This document shows, piece by piece, positions 36,607 through 47,212 of a DNA stretch of 48,629 bases. Position 1 is the stretch's first letter. Each line of letters starts with the position of its first letter. The notes under the pieces are model-generated. The model had not been told where the DNA came from and searched no databases. It saw only the letters and a list, made by a program, of their open reading frames with translations. A program made the translations under genes and the position numbers. This DNA comes from Promethearchaeota archaeon. Lineage in GTDB: Archaea > Asgardarchaeota > Lokiarchaeia > Sigyniarchaeales > SOKP01. Location: the NCBI GenBank assembly GCA_004375715.1, contig SOKP01000068.1, forward strand, positions 1 through 48,629. Reading direction: 5' to 3'.

Positions 36607-37188
36607 TTGTATTTGAGTAAAAAATATCTAACTATTACCTTGGTAGTAATAATCTTAATATTTCCATTATTTTTTGGCATTTACACTGAATTCCTCATCA
36701 TAAATGATCTTAATCTTTTCACTCTGGCATATTTACTAATAGGATTTTTATTCCTTTTGGTTTTAGGAAAAGTGATGGAACATTTTATGTATAAAGGAGC
36801 AAGCAAAGAAACTATGAAACATCACGATATAATTAACGTTCTATTGAATAAGAATGGTAAAATTATCTTATTTGTTTTTTTTCCTCTGACTATGATAATG
36901 GAAGAATTTATCTTTCGCTATTATCTCATGGGGATTTTATTACACCAGTTAAAGTTAGGGTTAATCTTAGCCATTTTAATTTCGAGCATAGTGTTTTCTC
37001 TCTATCATTTACATATCTGGTTTAAATTCAAAAATTTAAAAATATTGATATCTTATCTCATATCCTCATTTCTATTAGCAATCTATAACGGATTTCTTCT
37101 TATTACGCTCGGAATATTTGTATGTATCATAGTTCATACTTGTTTAGTATTTATTTTATATTACAATCTTTACAAAAAACTTTCTTAA
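36607..37188 (+). CDS. Stand-alone CPBP (CAAX/Abi) family intramembrane protease
   Basis: 193 aa, TTG start. Motifs MEEFIFRYYL, FSLYHL, IVHTCLVF. Confidence 0.7.
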   Translation: MYLSKKYLTITLVVIILIFPLFFGIYTEFLIINDLNLFTLAYLLIGFLFLLVLGKVMEHFMYKGASKETMKHHDIINVLLNKNGKIILFVFFPLTMIMEEFIFRYYLMGILLHQLKLGLILAILISSIVFSLYHLHIWFKFKNLKILISYLISSFLLAIYNGFLLITLGIFVCIIVHTCLVFILYYNLYKKLS

Positions 37189-37240
37189 TATTCTCTGATT
37201 ATTGTTTTTATAATTAGGATATTTATTATTAGCTGAAATT

Positions 37241-38125
37241 ATGAAATTATATTTCCGAGATTTAACAAAGAAAGATATTCCAGCAATTTTAGACATCAGT
37301 AAAGACATATGGGAAGGTGATGATTATATCCCTGATGTTATAGAGAGATGGCTAAATGATAAAGACAACTTGGCTTACGGTGCTTTTCTTGAAGAAGAAA
37401 TGAAGGAATTAATTGGACTTGGAAGAGTAAAAATGTTTCCAAATGGAGTAGCTTGGTTAGAGGGTGGTCGAGTGAAGATAACACATCAAAAGCAAGGAAT
37501 AGGACGCGATTTAATGAAGTATGCAATAGACTACGCGATTCATGCAGGTGCTAAGGTCGCTCAATATGATACATCTTCTAGAAATTTTGGTTCGAAATCT
37601 TTAGCAAAATTTCACGGATTTGAAGAGAAAAAAAGGATGGAAGTCTTAGAATGTAAGCTAAGCGAGTTAAAGCTGAAAATAAGTGATTTTTCTCAAATAC
37701 ATAAAATAACTAACGAAGAGGCAAAAAGTCTATATAAAAAAATGGATATTGGTCCTGGAGAAGAAATAAATATTGGTTGGTCGTATATCCCATTATCAAG
37801 TTTAGAAGACAAAAATTCTTTATGGATAACTAATTCTGAGGCTATTTTACAAAAATTAGATATCAAGAGTCTTGTTCAACCAGAAAATCCGAGCGAAAAA
37901 GAAATATGGATTATAGTTTACGGTGATCCATTAGCCGCTTGTAAATTAGTATCTTATACATTAAACTTCGAAATCGATAAAGATACGATCGATATGGTTG
38001 AGCTTTACTGTAGGGCTGAAGTAGTAAAGTATGTGAAAGATTTAGGGTTTAAGGATCCCTCTTGGGAAGACGAGCCCGTAGCGGTCGTTCTATATGAAAA
38101 AAAATTAAATCAAAATATCGATTGA
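37241..38125 (+). CDS. GNAT-family N-acetyltransferase with a C-terminal extension
   Basis: Acetyl-CoA binding motif VKITHQKQGIGRDLMKYAIDYA in the N-terminal half. Confidence 0.7.
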   Translation: MKLYFRDLTKKDIPAILDISKDIWEGDDYIPDVIERWLNDKDNLAYGAFLEEEMKELIGLGRVKMFPNGVAWLEGGRVKITHQKQGIGRDLMKYAIDYAIHAGAKVAQYDTSSRNFGSKSLAKFHGFEEKKRMEVLECKLSELKLKISDFSQIHKITNEEAKSLYKKMDIGPGEEINIGWSYIPLSSLEDKNSLWITNSEAILQKLDIKSLVQPENPSEKEIWIIVYGDPLAACKLVSYTLNFEIDKDTIDMVELYCRAEVVKYVKDLGFKDPSWEDEPVAVVLYEKKLNQNID

Positions 38126-38153
38126 TTGAAAAATATTAAAAAAAAAAAAGGAA

Positions 38154-39884
38154 TTACATCTTTCTTAAAGCTTTTTTATCGACTTTACCTATTGTTGTTA
38201 AAGGTAATTGATCGAGAAATTCAATGAATTTAGGGACTTTATATTTTGCTAAATTGTCTTGAGCATATTTTAAAATATCTGCTTTAACTTCTTCTGAAGC
38301 TTGGTAACCTTCCTTAAGCAGCACATACAATTTAACTATTTCTGAACCTGGACGATCTGAGTCAGGGATTCCAACAGTTGAACACAACTCAATTGCGGCG
38401 TGTTTATTCATTTTATCGTCAACTTCAACGCTAAAAACCTTAAAGCCGCTGACAATTATCATATCTTTTGTACGGTCAACGATAGTAATATATCCATCCT
38501 CATCCATCACACCAACATCACCAGAATAGAACCAACCGTCAACAAGCGCATTTTCAGTTTCTTTTGGTTTATTCCAATATCCTTTGAATATTTGAGGGCC
38601 TTTTATGGCTATTTCTCCAGGTGTTCCTATAGGGACTTCCTTCTTTCGATCTGTAACATCTACTAGTTTTACTTCTGTGTTAGGAAATGGAACCCCAACA
38701 GTTCCAACTTTCTTCTTTCCAAGGTAAGGGTTCATAGTTACTCCGGGAGAGGCCTCCGTCATTCCATAAGCTTCTACAAGTTTCCCTTTACCGACCACAT
38801 CTTCAAACTCATTTATGTTTTTGGTGGGGAAAGGAGCAGCACCAGAGATATAACCTATTACAGAACTCAAGTCTAATTTCTTGAATTTTCGATTCTTTAA
38901 AAGCATCATGTAAAGGGTTGGGACGTTGTACATCAACGCTATTTTACCTTCATATTTTTTCATTAACCCAATCATATAATTGGTATCACGTGGATCGGGA
39001 ACTAAAATTTGAGCGGCCCCCATAAAAGCACTCTGAAGGCAAAATTGTAAACCCGCCAAATGGAAAAAAGGAAACCCAGACATGTAAATGTCTTCACCGG
39101 GATTAGCACCAGGTTCAAACCAATGAGCTACTATTTGCATTATATGTATTAAATTTCGATGAGTCAATATCGCCCCTTTAGGAGGACCAGTCGTTCCACC
39201 AGTGTATTGAAGTAATAAAACATCTTCTGGACCTATTTCAACATTAGGCGACTGATCGTTTGGATATTTCTCCACAATATCTTTAAAGGTAAAATATTTG
39301 ATACCATTAATTGGTTCAACTTTTCCATATGGGATTTTTCCTATTTTAATTAGCTGTTCTTTCATAGCGGGTTCTAAGTCTAAAACATCGGCCACATTAG
39401 TAGTAATTACGATTTTTACATCCGTATCCTCCGTTTGGAGCGCTTTCCTTACTTTCTCTTCGTAAAAAGAGTCTAAAGTAATTATTGCAACCGCTCCACT
39501 GTCTTTTAACTGATACCTTATTTCATTTGGTTGTAATAAAAAGTTCATCCCTGAAGCAGCACATCCAGCGTAAAAAGTTCCAAATAGTGCTACGATAAAT
39601 TGGGGAAGATTTGGTAAATTTATTACGACGCGTTCTCCTTTTTTTATGCCATTCTCAACAAGAAAGTTAGCAAAACTGTTTATGTATTTTTCTGCTTCTT
39701 CAAAACTCGCACAGGACCCTTGAAAATCGTAGCATAAGCTATTTGGGTACTTCTTAACTGTGCGTTTCATCATTTCTGCTACAGAATAATACTCTAGATC
39801 GATTTTTGGTTTTACATGAGCATCGTAAGATTTAAGCCATATTTTTTCCGAATATGGACTCTTATCAGTATTTTCATTTGTCAT
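38154..39884 (-). CDS. AMP-forming acyl-CoA synthetase (FadD-like fatty/organic acid--CoA ligase)
   Basis: AMP-binding signature LQYTGGTTGPPKGA, plus AYGMTEA, YSGDVGVMDEDGYITIVDRTKD and C-terminal GKVDKKALR. Confidence 0.85.
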   Translation of the reverse strand: MTNENTDKSPYSEKIWLKSYDAHVKPKIDLEYYSVAEMMKRTVKKYPNSLCYDFQGSCASFEEAEKYINSFANFLVENGIKKGERVVINLPNLPQFIVALFGTFYAGCAASGMNFLLQPNEIRYQLKDSGAVAIITLDSFYEEKVRKALQTEDTDVKIVITTNVADVLDLEPAMKEQLIKIGKIPYGKVEPINGIKYFTFKDIVEKYPNDQSPNVEIGPEDVLLLQYTGGTTGPPKGAILTHRNLIHIMQIVAHWFEPGANPGEDIYMSGFPFFHLAGLQFCLQSAFMGAAQILVPDPRDTNYMIGLMKKYEGKIALMYNVPTLYMMLLKNRKFKKLDLSSVIGYISGAAPFPTKNINEFEDVVGKGKLVEAYGMTEASPGVTMNPYLGKKKVGTVGVPFPNTEVKLVDVTDRKKEVPIGTPGEIAIKGPQIFKGYWNKPKETENALVDGWFYSGDVGVMDEDGYITIVDRTKDMIIVSGFKVFSVEVDDKMNKHAAIELCSTVGIPDSDRPGSEIVKLYVLLKEGYQASEEVKADILKYAQDNLAKYKVPKFIEFLDQLPLTTIGKVDKKALRKM

Positions 39885-40047
39885 TTTTAATCAAATTTTA
39901 ATATTATTTCAATATAAATAACGAAATTCGGTAACTACTTCATTGTCATAACAATATTTAAAATTAATCATCAAATGTCCACAAACAGTCATAAAAGTTA
40001 CCTTCAGAAAAACTACAGTAAGAAAAGATTAAAAAAAAGAAAAAAAA

Positions 40048-40581
40048 TTAGTATTGTTCTACTTCAATTTTAATAGATTTGTATCCTTTTCCGCAAAACA
40101 CACAATAGGCAGTTCCATTTTCACTCAATTGTTCAAGCATTCTCTCGGTATATTGACTTCCACACTCACTGCAAAACACAGCATCAGGTTGTACAATTTG
40201 AATTTCTTTCTGCATTGGTTTAATAATCTCTTGTTCCTCGTAAGATTGTTGGGGAGCTTTTGAATGCTCACAACATTTTTTATCAGAGGATTCCTTGATA
40301 GGTTTAGGTTTACCAGAAACCTCATAATAAATTTCTTCAAAAAGCTTATAAAGACCAGTGAATATTCCTTTTAGTAAGAGGTATACTCCTTTTAGGATGT
40401 AATAAACTAAATAAGCTACACCTTTAAGTGTAAAATATACAATGATTACTGATAGGATTATTGCACCAACTGCGGCCAATATTACGAAAATTTGAGAGTA
40501 AATGGGTAAAGCCAAAAACCAAGTTATAAACTCTTGCCAATACAATAGAACTTGAGTTCCCATATGATTCCAATCAACCAT
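40048..40581 (-). CDS. Membrane-anchored zinc-ribbon protein
   Basis: Two or three N-terminal TM helices, and a C-terminal CSECGSQY...CVFCGKGY (CxxC-x21-CxxC). Confidence 0.5.
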   Translation of the reverse strand: MVDWNHMGTQVLLYWQEFITWFLALPIYSQIFVILAAVGAIILSVIIVYFTLKGVAYLVYYILKGVYLLLKGIFTGLYKLFEEIYYEVSGKPKPIKESSDKKCCEHSKAPQQSYEEQEIIKPMQKEIQIVQPDAVFCSECGSQYTERMLEQLSENGTAYCVFCGKGYKSIKIEVEQY

Positions 40582-40689
40582 TATTAAATCACTTCTCTAA
40601 TTCATTTTTATTGTTAATATTTTAATTAAAAGAAGTCTAAAGTCGATTATAAAAAAAATGGAGTCCAATTTTTAGATTTATTTTAACCG

Positions 40690-42102
40690 TTAAATTTCGA
40701 GATTTTTATTCAGATTTTTATTTGATTTACTAAAATCATACATAAATTTAAACGCCTTTATTGCGTGGCTTATTTGAGTCATTATTGGAATTTTATATTT
40801 ATGCGAATGTTTTAAAAAGTATTCAAGAACCCAACGGGAACCAAAGACGCAAGTAATAATAGGCTTTTTCAGCTTGTTTGAAAGATTTCTCATTTCCCTC
40901 AAGTGTGGTGTTATGGGTATAGAAAAGGTTTCTAAAGGATTTTGAGGGACAGCGAAAATGTGCAATAAGGCGTCGACATTCTCATCGTTTAATATTGCGC
41001 TTAATGATTTATTAAAGGTCATAAATAATGATGGCCCCAAGTCGACAGGATTCTTTAAAGAGGTCCAATTGGGTGAAAAAGATTTCATCTCTTGAATGGT
41101 AGTCTCATTTAAAACCGCAAGTTCTAGGCCCAATCTTTCAATTTCGTCGCATGCTAATATACCTAAACTTCCAGAAGAAGTAATTATTGCGATGTTCTTT
41201 CCTTTTGGTAAGGGTTGAGTAGCAAACACTTGAGCTATATTAAACATCTCGTAAAAATTATTTACGCGATAAATACCAGAATATTGTTTGAAAATCGTAT
41301 CATAAATTTTATCGTCTCCCGCGATAGAGCCAGTGTGACTCTTTATCGCTCTAGAACCAATTTCGCTACGACCATTTTTTAAAATCAAAACAGGTTTAGT
41401 CAATTTTCTAAATGTTTCTATTAACTTTGGACCTCTTTTCACGCCTTCTAAATAAATGGTTATTACATTAGTACTTGTATCTCTCTCAAGATATTCCAGC
41501 ATATCAATTTCATCAACATCTACTTTATTTCCAAGAGTTATTGTTTTCGAAAAACCAATCTTCTGACTTGTTGACCATTCTACAAATATATTTCCTAACA
41601 CACCTGACTGCGCGATGATAGAAATAGTGCCTCCTTCTATAGATTGATCAAAATTTATTTCTGAGGTTGTAAATTTGTTGTTAAAGTTAGTAATACCAAC
41701 GCAATTAGGACCAATTATTCTTACATTCGAATTTTTAGCAATTTCCTCTATTTCTTCTTGGATTTTAATAAATTTTTCGATGCCTGTTTCAGCAAAACCC
41801 GCAGTTTCTATAATTATTCCTTTAACTCCTTTTTTGACAGAATCCTTCACTATTTGGAGCACATATTCATTCCTTACTACGATAATTGCTAATTCGATAT
41901 CTTGTTGTATATCATTAATATTCTTGAACACTTTATGACCAAAAATCATATCTTTATTAATATTTACAGGATATGTTTTAAAATTCGAATTTAATAAATA
42001 ATTTGTCATAGTGTAACCAAATTTGAAAGTATCTGAAGCACCAATAATAGCAATGGATTTAGGGTTAAAAAAAAAATCCAAATCAGTTATTTGACCATTC
42101 AT
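40690..42102 (-). CDS. ADP-forming acyl-CoA synthetase alpha-type subunit (CoA-binding plus succinyl-CoA-synthetase-like domains; no ATP-grasp domain)
   Basis: FFNPKSIAIIGASD...YPVN (CoA-binding), IIGPNCVGI, and the phosphohistidine loop KSHTGSIAGDD. Confidence 0.75.
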   Translation of the reverse strand: MNGQITDLDFFFNPKSIAIIGASDTFKFGYTMTNYLLNSNFKTYPVNINKDMIFGHKVFKNINDIQQDIELAIIVVRNEYVLQIVKDSVKKGVKGIIIETAGFAETGIEKFIKIQEEIEEIAKNSNVRIIGPNCVGITNFNNKFTTSEINFDQSIEGGTISIIAQSGVLGNIFVEWSTSQKIGFSKTITLGNKVDVDEIDMLEYLERDTSTNVITIYLEGVKRGPKLIETFRKLTKPVLILKNGRSEIGSRAIKSHTGSIAGDDKIYDTIFKQYSGIYRVNNFYEMFNIAQVFATQPLPKGKNIAIITSSGSLGILACDEIERLGLELAVLNETTIQEMKSFSPNWTSLKNPVDLGPSLFMTFNKSLSAILNDENVDALLHIFAVPQNPLETFSIPITPHLREMRNLSNKLKKPIITCVFGSRWVLEYFLKHSHKYKIPIMTQISHAIKAFKFMYDFSKSNKNLNKNLEI

Positions 42103-42272
42103 AATTTAATTTGTCCCTTTGTAAAGAATATAATAGAGATTATAATTTATTTAACTTAAAATTTAGTTTTGAAGGTTGAGACTATATTGTTTTAGAAATT
42201 AGGGGTATTTATATTCTAAGATGGAAATAAATGGTAAGACGAAAAAATTAATGTATTTTTTTATAAAATTGT

Positions 42273-42851
42273 ATGGAAGTTATAACAACCAATAGATATG
42301 TTCAAGTTATTTGTCCTGTCTGTAAGTCCAAAGATGTTATACAAATTCCTAAATCAGTAATAAACAATGCAACACAACTAACTACTATATCAGTACCAAA
42401 AGGTAAAATTTGTCCGCATCATTTTCAATTGTTTTTAGACAAAAATTTTGCGATAAGGGGGTACCAAAAAGTAGATTTCCAATTGAAGCACGACAAGAAC
42501 GATAAGCAAAATAAGCTTGATTCTAAAAAACACTTTGTTAACAGTTTAGATCTCTTTAAATCCAATGTTTTACATAAGAAAAAACCTAAAATTATACCAA
42601 GAAAGTCAGATATTTATAAAGATAAGAAAATTGTTGATATAAATACTGAGATTAAGTCTAAAATGACTTTAACTGAAATCTACGATGAATTTTGGGAATT
42701 TATCGATGAACACAATGAAACCTTTCAAAAATTCATTTTGAAAGATAAAAGAAGAAGGCTAATTTTAAGTATGAATGACCTTACGCAAAAAGCTGAGCGT
42801 TATCTACTTGAAATTTCTCCTAAAAATTTTTCACCTGCTCAAATTGAGTAA
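42273..42851 (+). CDS. Hypothetical zinc-ribbon-like protein; paralog of 4749..5600
   Basis: See 4749..5600. 192 aa with a Lys-rich middle region. Confidence 0.5.
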   Translation: MEVITTNRYVQVICPVCKSKDVIQIPKSVINNATQLTTISVPKGKICPHHFQLFLDKNFAIRGYQKVDFQLKHDKNDKQNKLDSKKHFVNSLDLFKSNVLHKKKPKIIPRKSDIYKDKKIVDINTEIKSKMTLTEIYDEFWEFIDEHNETFQKFILKDKRRRLILSMNDLTQKAERYLLEISPKNFSPAQIE

Positions 42852-43025
42852 GATTCTTTCTCCTCTGCAAAGTTAATTTAAAAGAGTTTAACAAAACAAT
42901 TATAAGAAAATTACCTCTTTTTATGAAAGTCTTTTATGACAAATTTAAAATTAAGCAAATAATTTTCGAACGTATAAAGAATAATTAATCAAAATTAAAA
43001 AAAAGAGATAAAAAGGTATTAAAAT

Positions 43026-44513
43026 ATGAGCTATAAATTACCAGATGAGAAAGATCTTGATGCTATGATTGGTATTGTAGGTAAGGATTATGCTACCAAT
43101 AACAAGGCAATTACAGCGTCATATCTTTCCAAATCTGTAATGGGATTAGAGGCACAAATTCCTGATATCGTCGTACGCCCCAAATATATCGAAGAGATTC
43201 GTAAAATTCTACTTTACTGCTCTGCAGAAAAAATTGCAGTCTCACCGATTTCAGGCGGACTATCTGGCGGCTTTGCGTGTCCAACTATTAAGCCTGCTGG
43301 AGTTATGCTTGATTTAGGTAGAATGAATAGAATTATCGAAGTCGATACCGACAACCGATATGTCGTAGTCGAACCGGGAGTCACGATTGGAGAGCTTTGG
43401 GCTTATATGCACAAAAATTACCCAGAATGGGCACCTCCTGTACCAGATGGTGCTCCACCAGCGTCTACCGTAATGGGCGATGCTATCGATAGAGGGTTTT
43501 CCCTTTATACTAGCTCCGTTGGTCCACAAGGTGATAACTTTATGTGTGGTGAGATAGTGTTTCCAAACGGAGATATTGTAAGAACTGGTTCTTGGGCGCT
43601 TCCATTTGCAAAACCATTCTATAAATACGGATTAGGTCCAGATATCTGGTCCTTTTTAATGGGTTCGCAAGGAGCTCTAGGCGTAATGACTAAAGTCGCA
43701 GTTAAAATATATCCACATCCAAAGTTTAAGACTGTAGTTGTGTGGGGCATGTCCAATCCTGAGGATATGCAGGACCTAACACTAGAAATTGGAAAACAAG
43801 AATTTGGAATTGCTCACAACACCGTTATGGTTCAAGGTGGGAATTATCCTTTAGTAATGACGCGTTGGCCAAAAGATAAAATTCCACACGATTATGAATT
43901 CTATGAACAATTAGGAATTAGTAAGTGGTGGATGAATTGGGAGTGCTGGGCACAAACTCAAGAAGAGTTAGATTATGTGGTTAATAGAATCAATAAAATG
44001 GCTGAAGATTTCAAGAAAAATAGAGCTAAAGACCCTGATAGTATAAAGCCTCAAGAACTACATCCCAAACAAATTGCAAGCAGATTGAAGAAACCTAATA
44101 AGATCGCTGTTCCTTATTCGTTTTGGGAGGCAGGATTTTTATTCATTACTTTCTATACCCCATGGAACGAATGCGCCCATTTTGCTAAAATGTATACTGC
44201 TGCTATGGAGAAATATGGTTTTCCACCAGTTATGTGGATTGCTAGTATTGAGCGTTGTAGGCAAGCAATTTGTATGCCAATTATTTGTTTCGATAGCACA
44301 AAACAATCAGATATCGAAAAAGTTCAAGAGATGAATAGAGAAACAACAGAATACGCGCTTAAGCAAGGGTGGTTGAATTATCGTCCAGATCCATACATCC
44401 ACGCACCTCTCACTTATTCTCAAGCAGGAATGTATTGGAAATATTTGAGAACGATGAAGAAGATTTTTGATCCTAATATGATAATGCATCCTGGGAGGCT
44501 TGCTCTTCCATAA
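43026..44513 (+). CDS. FAD-binding PCMH/VAO-type oxidoreductase (distant from the 33-36.5 kb pair)
   Basis: VVRPKYIEEIRKILLYCSAEKIAVSPISGG...GVMLDLGRMNRIIEVD...VVVEPGVTIGEL. Confidence 0.8.
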   Translation: MSYKLPDEKDLDAMIGIVGKDYATNNKAITASYLSKSVMGLEAQIPDIVVRPKYIEEIRKILLYCSAEKIAVSPISGGLSGGFACPTIKPAGVMLDLGRMNRIIEVDTDNRYVVVEPGVTIGELWAYMHKNYPEWAPPVPDGAPPASTVMGDAIDRGFSLYTSSVGPQGDNFMCGEIVFPNGDIVRTGSWALPFAKPFYKYGLGPDIWSFLMGSQGALGVMTKVAVKIYPHPKFKTVVVWGMSNPEDMQDLTLEIGKQEFGIAHNTVMVQGGNYPLVMTRWPKDKIPHDYEFYEQLGISKWWMNWECWAQTQEELDYVVNRINKMAEDFKKNRAKDPDSIKPQELHPKQIASRLKKPNKIAVPYSFWEAGFLFITFYTPWNECAHFAKMYTAAMEKYGFPPVMWIASIERCRQAICMPIICFDSTKQSDIEKVQEMNRETTEYALKQGWLNYRPDPYIHAPLTYSQAGMYWKYLRTMKKIFDPNMIMHPGRLALP

Positions 44514-44536
44514 CTGAGTAAGGAGGTAAAAAAAAA

Positions 44537-45898
44537 ATGGCTAAAACTGGAATGGAAAGATTAAAAGAATTGGAGAAGGAAATCTATAAGTGTATCCACT
44601 GTAAAGCGTGTAGGTTTGCTTATTCAGGAGAACCTAGTAGAGAAGGAATAGGGGAATTTACGGGAAAACAAGGTACTGTTCTTTACGAAGGAATGGTTGA
44701 CGCGTGTCCAGCTGGAATAGAATACGGTTGGGAAGCGTTTTGGAACGCCGGTAAAATTTGGATTGCTCGTTCAATTTTAAGCGGAGATTTAGAATTTTCT
44801 GATGAAGTTAGGGATGTTATTATGCCGTGCATTACATGCGGACAATGTTCAGCCCAATGTGAGAATAAAATACCCACAGTAGACATAATCGAATCTTTAC
44901 GTGCTGCGTGCGTAGAAGCGGGCGTCCCTATGATTGAGAAACATCAATTAGTCGATCGTTTAGTCAAGGAATTAAACAATCCTTACGGAGGAAAGGCAGA
45001 AGATCGATTTAAATGGGCTAAAGACGCCGGTTTAGGGAAATATATTAACAATAAAAACGCTAAAGTTGGATATTATGTCGGTTGTACTGCTAGTTATCGA
45101 CAAATTGAAGTTGCAATCGCTACAGCAAAAATTTTTGAACAATTAGGTGTAGACTTTACATTAATTGAAGAGGAAGTGTGTTGTGGAAGCCCCTTCTTTA
45201 GAGTCGGCGCCGTTGATACTGCCCAAGAGTTAATGAGGAAAAATCTCGAGGCTTTTAAGAATTTAGATACGGTCTATTTCTCATGTGCTGGTTGTTATCG
45301 GACTATAACGATTGATTATCCAAAGTGGATGGCAGAAGGCGAGAAACTCCCTTTTAAAACCATGCACGCATTTGAATTAGTTTCAAAATTAATCACTGAA
45401 GGACAGATTAAATTCAAACCTAATAAAGAGCTCAAGGGAAAGGTTGTAACCTATCACGACCCCTGCCATACGGGGAGACACTTCGCTCTAGAGATGGAAC
45501 AAGAAATGATTAAGAACTCCAAGAACCTAATGTTTGATATGCGCAAGGTAAACAAAGCGATCGACGCATGGTTTGAGATTCCTAGAGTTATTTTACGGAA
45601 ACTTGAAGAAGATGTCGGTATCAAATTTGTTGAGATGTATCGTATAAAGAATAATTCAATGTGTTGTGGAGCAGGCGGAGGAGTAAGGGCAGGTTATCCC
45701 GACTTTTCATTGCGCACAGCTAGTCTTCGATGTGATGAGGCTAATGCGGTAAAGGCTGATATTCTAACAACCGAATGCCCCTTTTGTTGGAGGAATCTTT
45801 CAGATGCAAATGATCTTTATAATCATGGTATGCAGGTAATGGGCGTTCTGGAAATGATATCCAAATACAACTTATTGGACACAGCAAATTTAAAATAA
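44537..45898 (+). CDS. GlcF/HdrD-like Fe-S oxidoreductase with two CCG domains
   Basis: CIHCKACRF...CP and CITCGQCSAQC cluster motifs, plus CCGSPF and CCGAGGG. Strong SD AAGGAGG lies upstream. It starts 23 nt after the FAD-oxidase stop, so they probably form an operon. Confidence 0.85.
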   Translation: MAKTGMERLKELEKEIYKCIHCKACRFAYSGEPSREGIGEFTGKQGTVLYEGMVDACPAGIEYGWEAFWNAGKIWIARSILSGDLEFSDEVRDVIMPCITCGQCSAQCENKIPTVDIIESLRAACVEAGVPMIEKHQLVDRLVKELNNPYGGKAEDRFKWAKDAGLGKYINNKNAKVGYYVGCTASYRQIEVAIATAKIFEQLGVDFTLIEEEVCCGSPFFRVGAVDTAQELMRKNLEAFKNLDTVYFSCAGCYRTITIDYPKWMAEGEKLPFKTMHAFELVSKLITEGQIKFKPNKELKGKVVTYHDPCHTGRHFALEMEQEMIKNSKNLMFDMRKVNKAIDAWFEIPRVILRKLEEDVGIKFVEMYRIKNNSMCCGAGGGVRAGYPDFSLRTASLRCDEANAVKADILTTECPFCWRNLSDANDLYNHGMQVMGVLEMISKYNLLDTANLK

Positions 45899-45901
45899 GT
45901 G

Positions 45902-45923
45902 AGGAGAATCACTCCTTTTTTTT
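45902..45923. terminator. Hairpin plus T8 tract between convergent genes
   Basis: AGGAG-AATCA-CTCCT followed by TTTTTTTT, starting 4 nt after the 44537..45898 stop. Confidence 0.45.
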
Positions 45924-45978
45924 ATCTTTATCTTTTTTGATTTGACTTATTTTTCTAGTTATTTTATAATTACTAAAA

Positions 45979-47208
45979 TCAATAATTAGAGAGCATTTCT
46001 AAAAACGCTTCGAGTCTAGTCATTATTTGTCCTGGTGCGTAGTTTCGTTCGTCTACGCAATCTACATCTAAATGAATAAGAGGAATCCCTATTTTCTGAA
46101 GTGCATCTTTAAATAATACTCGAGCTCCAGCGGTTTGACGACATCCCCAGTGAGCGGGATTAACTGCGCCGTCAATTTTGTATTCTTGAGCTAATTGCGT
46201 AATGACTTCAAGACGGCGTTCTACAGGTCCAACAATAGGGTGTGTAATCATTCGATTGGCCAAGCTTCTTAGGGGTTGGCTTTCATCCATAGGTTCCCAC
46301 CAAACATGGTTTAATTCGTCGATAACGATATTTGCTCCGTATTTTTCTTCCAAAATTTTTAAAATATCCGTTTTAAACTGGATTCTATTCTGTATCCACA
46401 TCAAACGAAATTTTTCTTCGGATAGGCCCGTTATACCGTTCTCAACGCGATATTTGAACTCATCTCTATATAATTTTGCAACTTCTACGCTTTCTTCAGT
46501 TCCTTGAAGCAAGATATATATTATAAAATTTTTTAAGTCATTTGAGTTTGCAGGACAGGGAACATTTTTACAAAGGTTATTAAGTTCTATTAGGTATTCT
46601 CTTGCTTGGTTGTTATACTTAATCGTTTTTTTAAGTTTATCGTAGTCTAGTTTGCGGCCTGTCTCGTTTTCAACATATTTTATCATTTCTTTATATTGGT
46701 CAGTTAAGTAATCGACAGCATCTGGAGTTATTTCAATGGGTATGTTCAATATAAACACATCCTTATTGAATATCTCTCCAATTCGTTTTAAAGCTTTAAC
46801 ACCACCATTACATGGGATACTTGCACCGATAAGCACATCTGGTTCCGGAAGTAAACCATCCATTGCAGCCCCAATTATAGTTCTATGGTAAGAACAACTA
46901 TCAGTTGAAAAACCTTTACTTTCAGAGAGGTCAAGGTATTTGCTGGACATACCTGTTCCAGCAAGCATCGCCCCAAAAAATTCTACAAACATTCCAGAAA
47001 CACTCATGGAATTAAGTATTTCGTAAGGGACAAATACTGTCGTCCAAGCAATTGACCAGTCGTTATCAAATATACGAGAACCAATCCGTGCTATCTCGTA
47101 GACAAATCTTCTACGAGCAGTAACTTTTGATTCAAGTTTATTTTTAAGACCGGTTTCCAATTGTTCAAAATATTTTTTTAACATGTTATGAGATACTATT
47201 TTAACCAC
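45979..47208 (-). CDS. 2-hydroxyacyl-CoA dehydratase / benzoyl-CoA reductase family subunit (BcrC/BadD/HgdB family)
   Basis: 409 aa. Family-typical features: N-terminal W..VFVPYEIL segment, conserved Cys contexts (SCSYHR, IPCNGG, GCRQ) and C-terminal HLDVDCVD. Confidence 0.7.
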   Translation of the reverse strand: MVKIVSHNMLKKYFEQLETGLKNKLESKVTARRRFVYEIARIGSRIFDNDWSIAWTTVFVPYEILNSMSVSGMFVEFFGAMLAGTGMSSKYLDLSESKGFSTDSCSYHRTIIGAAMDGLLPEPDVLIGASIPCNGGVKALKRIGEIFNKDVFILNIPIEITPDAVDYLTDQYKEMIKYVENETGRKLDYDKLKKTIKYNNQAREYLIELNNLCKNVPCPANSNDLKNFIIYILLQGTEESVEVAKLYRDEFKYRVENGITGLSEEKFRLMWIQNRIQFKTDILKILEEKYGANIVIDELNHVWWEPMDESQPLRSLANRMITHPIVGPVERRLEVITQLAQEYKIDGAVNPAHWGCRQTAGARVLFKDALQKIGIPLIHLDVDCVDERNYAPGQIMTRLEAFLEMLSNY

Positions 47209-47212
47209 CTTG

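Noticed and set aside
43026-45898. Visibly higher GC (about 45% in sampled lines, versus about 27-30% elsewhere), considered as a horizontally transferred island
   Set aside because: Other strongly conserved enzymes in the window (ftr, the sdaA C-terminus, the dehydratase genes) are also GC-richer. The shift therefore tracks protein conservation and amino-acid composition. No flanking mobility genes or repeats are present. A proper compositional and phylogenetic test would be needed.
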